Of a stretch of DNA of 64,000 bases, positions 59,734 to 64,000 are shown one piece after another. The notes below the pieces were generated by a model. It did no database searches. It was not told the origin of the DNA and was given only the letters and a program-made list of their open reading frames with translations. The position numbers were made by a program, and so were the translations under genes. Origin of the DNA: an uncultured virus (IMG/VR IMGVR_UViG_3300028646_000003) (lineage: Duplodnaviria; Heunggongvirae; Uroviricota; Caudoviricetes). Location: positions 1-64,000 of the IMG/VR virus record IMGVR_UViG_3300028646_000003, one strand, 5' to 3'. Position 1 is the stretch's first letter; every line of letters starts with the position of its first letter.

Positions 59734-62694
59734 TTAAATTTTATCTGCACTTGCTATAACTTTAAATACTGTTTTAGGAGTGTCTGAAAAATCATTATTT
59801 GCTTTTACCTTAATGTAAACATTTTTACTTTCTCCGTCTAACATCACATTATTGAAATTTATAGTATTTGTATTTGTCAAAAATGAAGTATCTTTACATA
59901 AACAAACTTCATATTCCAATTGACTATCATCTACTTCTACTTTTACATTTTGTACTGCATAACCATAATCATTTTCTAACACGATAGTTTTTATTTCAGA
60001 TTCTTCACCTACTTGTATATTATTAAAGTCAATATATTTTAATAGTTGTCCCATATCATTTGAATAGTAATTCCCATCAGTATCTTTTATCATTAAGTTT
60101 TTATATTTTCCTATAACATCATTAAAACTATAAACTTGCTTTGTGTGTAATTCATCCATTATTTCTATTAATATAGTATTGTTTTGATTAAATATTAAGT
60201 CCCCACTATTCCAAGAATAATTAACGTTTATAGGGCAATCTAACCACTCACTATATGTAGGATTAACAAAATCACTTGTATGAGGATATTTTTGAATTCC
60301 ATTTATCAATACCCTGTATCTCACTTTATCAGAATCATCATCATTAATTACCCCACTTAAAGACCAATTATCGTGAGTGAACATAGTAAGATAAGGTGCA
60401 GTATCCATAACTATAATAGTATTTATAAAATCATAATGAAGTCCCCTATCATCTTTAACTGAAAATTGTATAATATTTTCTCCAACATTTAAATCAGTAT
60501 ATGGAATATCATAAGTTATATGTTGAAGGTTTATTCCATCTGTAAAATCTGACCACCCACCATTATTTAAATTATCAATTACATTATCGTTTACTAATAC
60601 TTGATATGAAATAGTATCTCCTTCTAAATCTTGTACGTCAGCAGAAATAGTTATCATTCCATTGTGTAAATTGGTTGGAGTAATATTAAAATTACTTACT
60701 ATTGGATATTGATTGGGTTCAAAGTTAATTGTAATATTTTTTACAAAGTTAGATACTTTTACAGGATTTTGAGATTTCATTCCTATCATTAAATCAATAT
60801 ATCCTCGTTGAAACCATTGATTCCATTGACTTTCTGTTATGTTTTGAACCCGTGCTTTTGTCATACCTTTATCGAATATTTCTGAAGATAACGCATCTTG
60901 AAAACTGCTACCATTAAAGTATTGCCATGTATTTTTATTATCTTTTGAAATTAAATATCTTACATTTGTATCTGTTGTCACATTCATTTTCAACGTCATA
61001 TCTGTTGTCCCTGAATTCGTTCCCCAAGTGTATATCTGTGGATTGTTTAACCAATATATAGGATTATAACTTGGCACAGTAAGATATACCTTTGGTATTT
61101 CAGTCATAGAGTCAGTCCAAGTTATTACTTCAAATGAATTAGATAAAGTTTGCCATGCAGTTGCATCAACTAAACCTAGATTAGAAATTCCTTTTGTAGA
61201 GAAATCAGTATATACCAAAGGTTCTATTAATCCAGTATCAACAAATTGCTTAGTTATGCTATTGTAATTCATTATTTTTCCATTATATTTTATAAAACTA
61301 TAAACAATTCCACTTCCAAATACTACATTATTAAGAGTACCATTAGGTGTATAGAGTGAAGTATCAATAAAGGCTGGATATACTGGTGCAGTTAAACTTG
61401 TATATATTAATACATTGTTTTTATAATATTTGACTTTACTATTTTCATACGATATTTTAAAAATATCTCCTATTGCATATGTTCCAAACGTTCCTATACT
61501 TGTTCCTTTTTCATATATTGCTAATACAGAATTAATTTGTAAATACCATGCAAAGGTTATATCGGTATAACTATTGTTTGCATTAGAATTATTAAAACCA
61601 ATCATTCTATATGACGTAGTTTCACTTGCAGTAAAACTCATTGTCACATTTCCACTAGCAATCGATTTTGTAGATATTGCACTAGAAATCCAATCTGCTG
61701 TAGTATTGGTTTTAGTTAAATTATTATTTGTTGTAACAACTCCAACTAAAGAAGTCCATACTACATTTGTTCTTTGTGATATTTCTACCATTTGAATACT
61801 TCCACATGATTTACTTAGTTTACCAATATCTACTACTTTTCTATAAACTTTTCCTACACTTGAATTCAATAAATCTCTTTCATAAATCATAGTTTGTGAA
61901 TTTGTTGTAGTGTTTGTAGTCCAAGTAGTCATATCATATAAACCATTATCTACAAAATTCTGTTTAGCCAATGGTTCAATCAACCCAGTATCAACCCATT
62001 CATTGTCAACAAATTTATAGTATTTATCATTATCTTTTATAATAGAATAATATTCATCTAAATTTACTTCTCCTGCCACCCAACTTATTGTTCCTGTAAG
62101 TGTTCCATTTCTTGCATAAGTTGTTGAGTCTTTTACTATCGTTCCTATTCCCTCATCGCACTTCCAATATCCAATTAATGTTGAAGTGTTTTCTGATACT
62201 ATTATTGAAGACTTCATATATCTTTGTATACTTGCTTGACTTCTTGCAACATTCCATAGTCTAAATTCATCAAAGTCACCCCATGTTTGAGAACCGTCTC
62301 CCCAATACGCACCGATTGACCTAATATCTGATTTTGATTGTCTAGCTAAAGTTCCTACTAAAACACCATCAATATAATATTTTTGTGTATTATTTTCTCC
62401 AACTATGGCTATATGATGCCAACCGCTACTTAATGTACTCATTACAAACCCAGTATCGTTAAAACCTGTACCATTTATGTTGTCATACATACCTAAATGT
62501 AGATTAGACCTTTGAACTATAGTCTGATGATCTCCAGCATTTCCCCTTGTTAATGTATTCCAAGAAGCTTGAGATGCTAATGGATATTTAAATAAACATT
62601 CCATTGTCCATGAAGTAGGCAATGCTATATTAGGCACAGATAAATATCCACTACCATTGGTAGGTCTTAAGAAATAAGGATTGCTATTTGCCAT
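59734..62694 (-). CDS. LamG-domain multidomain tail/adhesin protein
   Basis: WHHIAIV..YIDG..DEFRLWN..GYWKCDEG, plus a second beta-sandwich domain. Confidence 0.75.
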   Translation of the reverse strand: MANSNPYFLRPTNGSGYLSVPNIALPTSWTMECLFKYPLASQASWNTLTRGNAGDHQTIVQRSNLHLGMYDNINGTGFNDTGFVMSTLSSGWHHIAIVGENNTQKYYIDGVLVGTLARQSKSDIRSIGAYWGDGSQTWGDFDEFRLWNVARSQASIQRYMKSSIIVSENTSTLIGYWKCDEGIGTIVKDSTTYARNGTLTGTISWVAGEVNLDEYYSIIKDNDKYYKFVDNEWVDTGLIEPLAKQNFVDNGLYDMTTWTTNTTTNSQTMIYERDLLNSSVGKVYRKVVDIGKLSKSCGSIQMVEISQRTNVVWTSLVGVVTTNNNLTKTNTTADWISSAISTKSIASGNVTMSFTASETTSYRMIGFNNSNANNSYTDITFAWYLQINSVLAIYEKGTSIGTFGTYAIGDIFKISYENSKVKYYKNNVLIYTSLTAPVYPAFIDTSLYTPNGTLNNVVFGSGIVYSFIKYNGKIMNYNSITKQFVDTGLIEPLVYTDFSTKGISNLGLVDATAWQTLSNSFEVITWTDSMTEIPKVYLTVPSYNPIYWLNNPQIYTWGTNSGTTDMTLKMNVTTDTNVRYLISKDNKNTWQYFNGSSFQDALSSEIFDKGMTKARVQNITESQWNQWFQRGYIDLMIGMKSQNPVKVSNFVKNITINFEPNQYPIVSNFNITPTNLHNGMITISADVQDLEGDTISYQVLVNDNVIDNLNNGGWSDFTDGINLQHITYDIPYTDLNVGENIIQFSVKDDRGLHYDFINTIIVMDTAPYLTMFTHDNWSLSGVINDDDSDKVRYRVLINGIQKYPHTSDFVNPTYSEWLDCPINVNYSWNSGDLIFNQNNTILIEIMDELHTKQVYSFNDVIGKYKNLMIKDTDGNYYSNDMGQLLKYIDFNNIQVGEESEIKTIVLENDYGYAVQNVKVEVDDSQLEYEVCLCKDTSFLTNTNTINFNNVMLDGESKNVYIKVKANNDFSDTPKTVFKVIASADKI

Positions 62695-62718
62695 ATATAA
62701 TCACCTACTTTCTTTTAA

Positions 62719-64000
62719 TTATTTTCTTAATGTTGTAATATTGTTTACATTCTTATATTTATTTATTTCTAAATCTTGTGTCCATATAATTCCAGAATCT
62801 ACTGTTTGATAATTATTCATATCTCTTACATAATCTAAAACCTCAGTTATATCATCTTTACCTTCAATATCAATATCAATAATCTTAGCTTTTCCTTTTG
62901 TATTAATGTGAGAATAATGATTTGTAGTTGCAATATTTTGACCATAGCCTTGCAATGTAATTCCACCATCTACATCAAACTTTATATTATTATTGTCTAA
63001 ATTCCATTCTGAAGCATATAGTGTACTTCTATTCATAGAATTTGTATCTCTATTTTCTTTAACAACATTATATATAAAGGTTGATTGATTATTATCTGAA
63101 TCAGTAATATAAATTATTAATGGATTATCTCCCACATTTAACTTTGTGTAATCTATTTGAAAATTTATATAATTAGTTAATGGAGATATGAAATCTGTAC
63201 TAGTAATAATATCACTATTTATTTTTGCAATATATTTTATATTTTTATCTGCGATATGTTTGAATTTTCCATTAAATGTTACTAACTCTGTAAGTTCATA
63301 CCACAAATTAGATGAATATATATCTAGTTGCTGAAAGTCTCCTATTTGTTTTGGATATGAATATGTAGATACTGGGATATTGTACTTATAAGCTAAATAG
63401 GTTTCTACTAGTTGCCTATCTGAATCTGTTAAGGCTGAATTATACACAATCAGTTCTGCAATATCTCCATCAGAAAATTCGCTAGTTGATAAATGTCCAT
63501 TTAATGATAGTCCATTAGGTGCTGTTACTCCTGCTGTACTATTTGAAAATATAGTACCATTCTCATAGGCTTTTGAAGCTATTGATCCACCTTGAATGAC
63601 ACAATCATAAATATAAGGCGTTGTGTTTGAGAGTGGATTTCCTGAAGATACAGAAGTCCATCCTTCAAAATAAGATCTTTGTCTTCCTCCACTATGAAAT
63701 CCTAAAAGCCAATTGTTAGATAGTCCAGACAACATTCTTCCATTTGTTACACCATTTTGTTTTGCAACATAAAAAACTGTTACAGGATTTGAAAAAGTAT
63801 AAGCTAATGTCATTGTTTGTGTTGAGGAAGCAGTAAATCTAACTACTGGATAACCGTTCAATGCATTATATACTAATAGTGGTTGTTGTGTAGTAGCACT
63901 TTGTGTAAAGTTTAAATTATTACCACTTTTGTCATACCATACTGGTACATTACTATTATTAGCTAACCCCGTGCTATCTGCTGAAATCCATGTTTTTAGA
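62719..64000 (-). CDS. LamG-like domain protein (5' end beyond window)
   Basis: Frame is open to the edge: LKTWISADS..VPVWYDKSG..QP..NGYPVVRF..GDIAELIVYN..VETYLAYKY. The C-terminus is homologous to the middle of 57070..59709. Confidence 0.75.
   Translation of the reverse strand, partial: LKTWISADSTGLANNSNVPVWYDKSGNNLNFTQSATTQQPLLVYNALNGYPVVRFTASSTQTMTLAYTFSNPVTVFYVAKQNGVTNGRMLSGLSNNWLLGFHSGGRQRSYFEGWTSVSSGNPLSNTTPYIYDCVIQGGSIASKAYENGTIFSNSTAGVTAPNGLSLNGHLSTSEFSDGDIAELIVYNSALTDSDRQLVETYLAYKYNIPVSTYSYPKQIGDFQQLDIYSSNLWYELTELVTFNGKFKHIADKNIKYIAKINSDIITSTDFISPLTNYINFQIDYTKLNVGDNPLIIYITDSDNNQSTFIYNVVKENRDTNSMNRSTLYASEWNLDNNNIKFDVDGGITLQGYGQNIATTNHYSHINTKGKAKIIDIDIEGKDDITEVLDYVRDMNNYQTVDSGIIWTQDLEINKYKNVNNITTLRK

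Noticed and set aside
48217..61795. Plus-strand ORFs inside the - strand block (e.g. 49566, 52370, 53720, 57668, 61574)
   Set aside because: They are antisense shadows of the recombinase and tail genes.
55457..64000. Diversity-generating retroelement or invertible shufflon acting on tail genes
   Set aside because: No RT, no near-identical TR/VR pair and no inverted cassettes seen in this window.

Overview
AT-rich 64 kb segment of a large temperate phage or phage-plasmid, probably from a Clostridium-like Firmicutes host. Its gene order resembles SPbeta. From 1 to about 47.5 kb the + strand carries the early genes: an IscB with its omega-RNA, then an SSB-like/AAA/DnaB/primase/nuclease/DnaE/RecD2 replication operon with several inserted homing endonucleases. 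After that come many small accessory ORFs, a Mom-like DNA-modification gene, a fused GyrB-GyrA topoisomerase, a soluble chemoreceptor, an FTR-like/redoxin/NrdD/NrdG cluster, dUTPase, an adenine MTase, DNA ligase, thyA and DHFR. dnaE and thyA are each split by a group I intron encoding an endonuclease. From about 47.9 kb the - strand carries two tyrosine recombinases, a DUF1064-like nuclease and large LamG/DNRLRE tail or adhesin proteins. Three signals stand out. (1) There are 18 GGCC sites within about 930 bp covering one recombinase gene next to a dif-like site, and I saw no GGCC anywhere else in the window. (2) The IscB is intact and keeps its HNH site and omega-RNA, but three RuvC catalytic positions are substituted. 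(3) A composite intergenic repeat with a TAAA-N8-TTTA core marks the boundaries of small gene blocks. All calls come from reading the sequence and protein motifs by eye; no searches were run.
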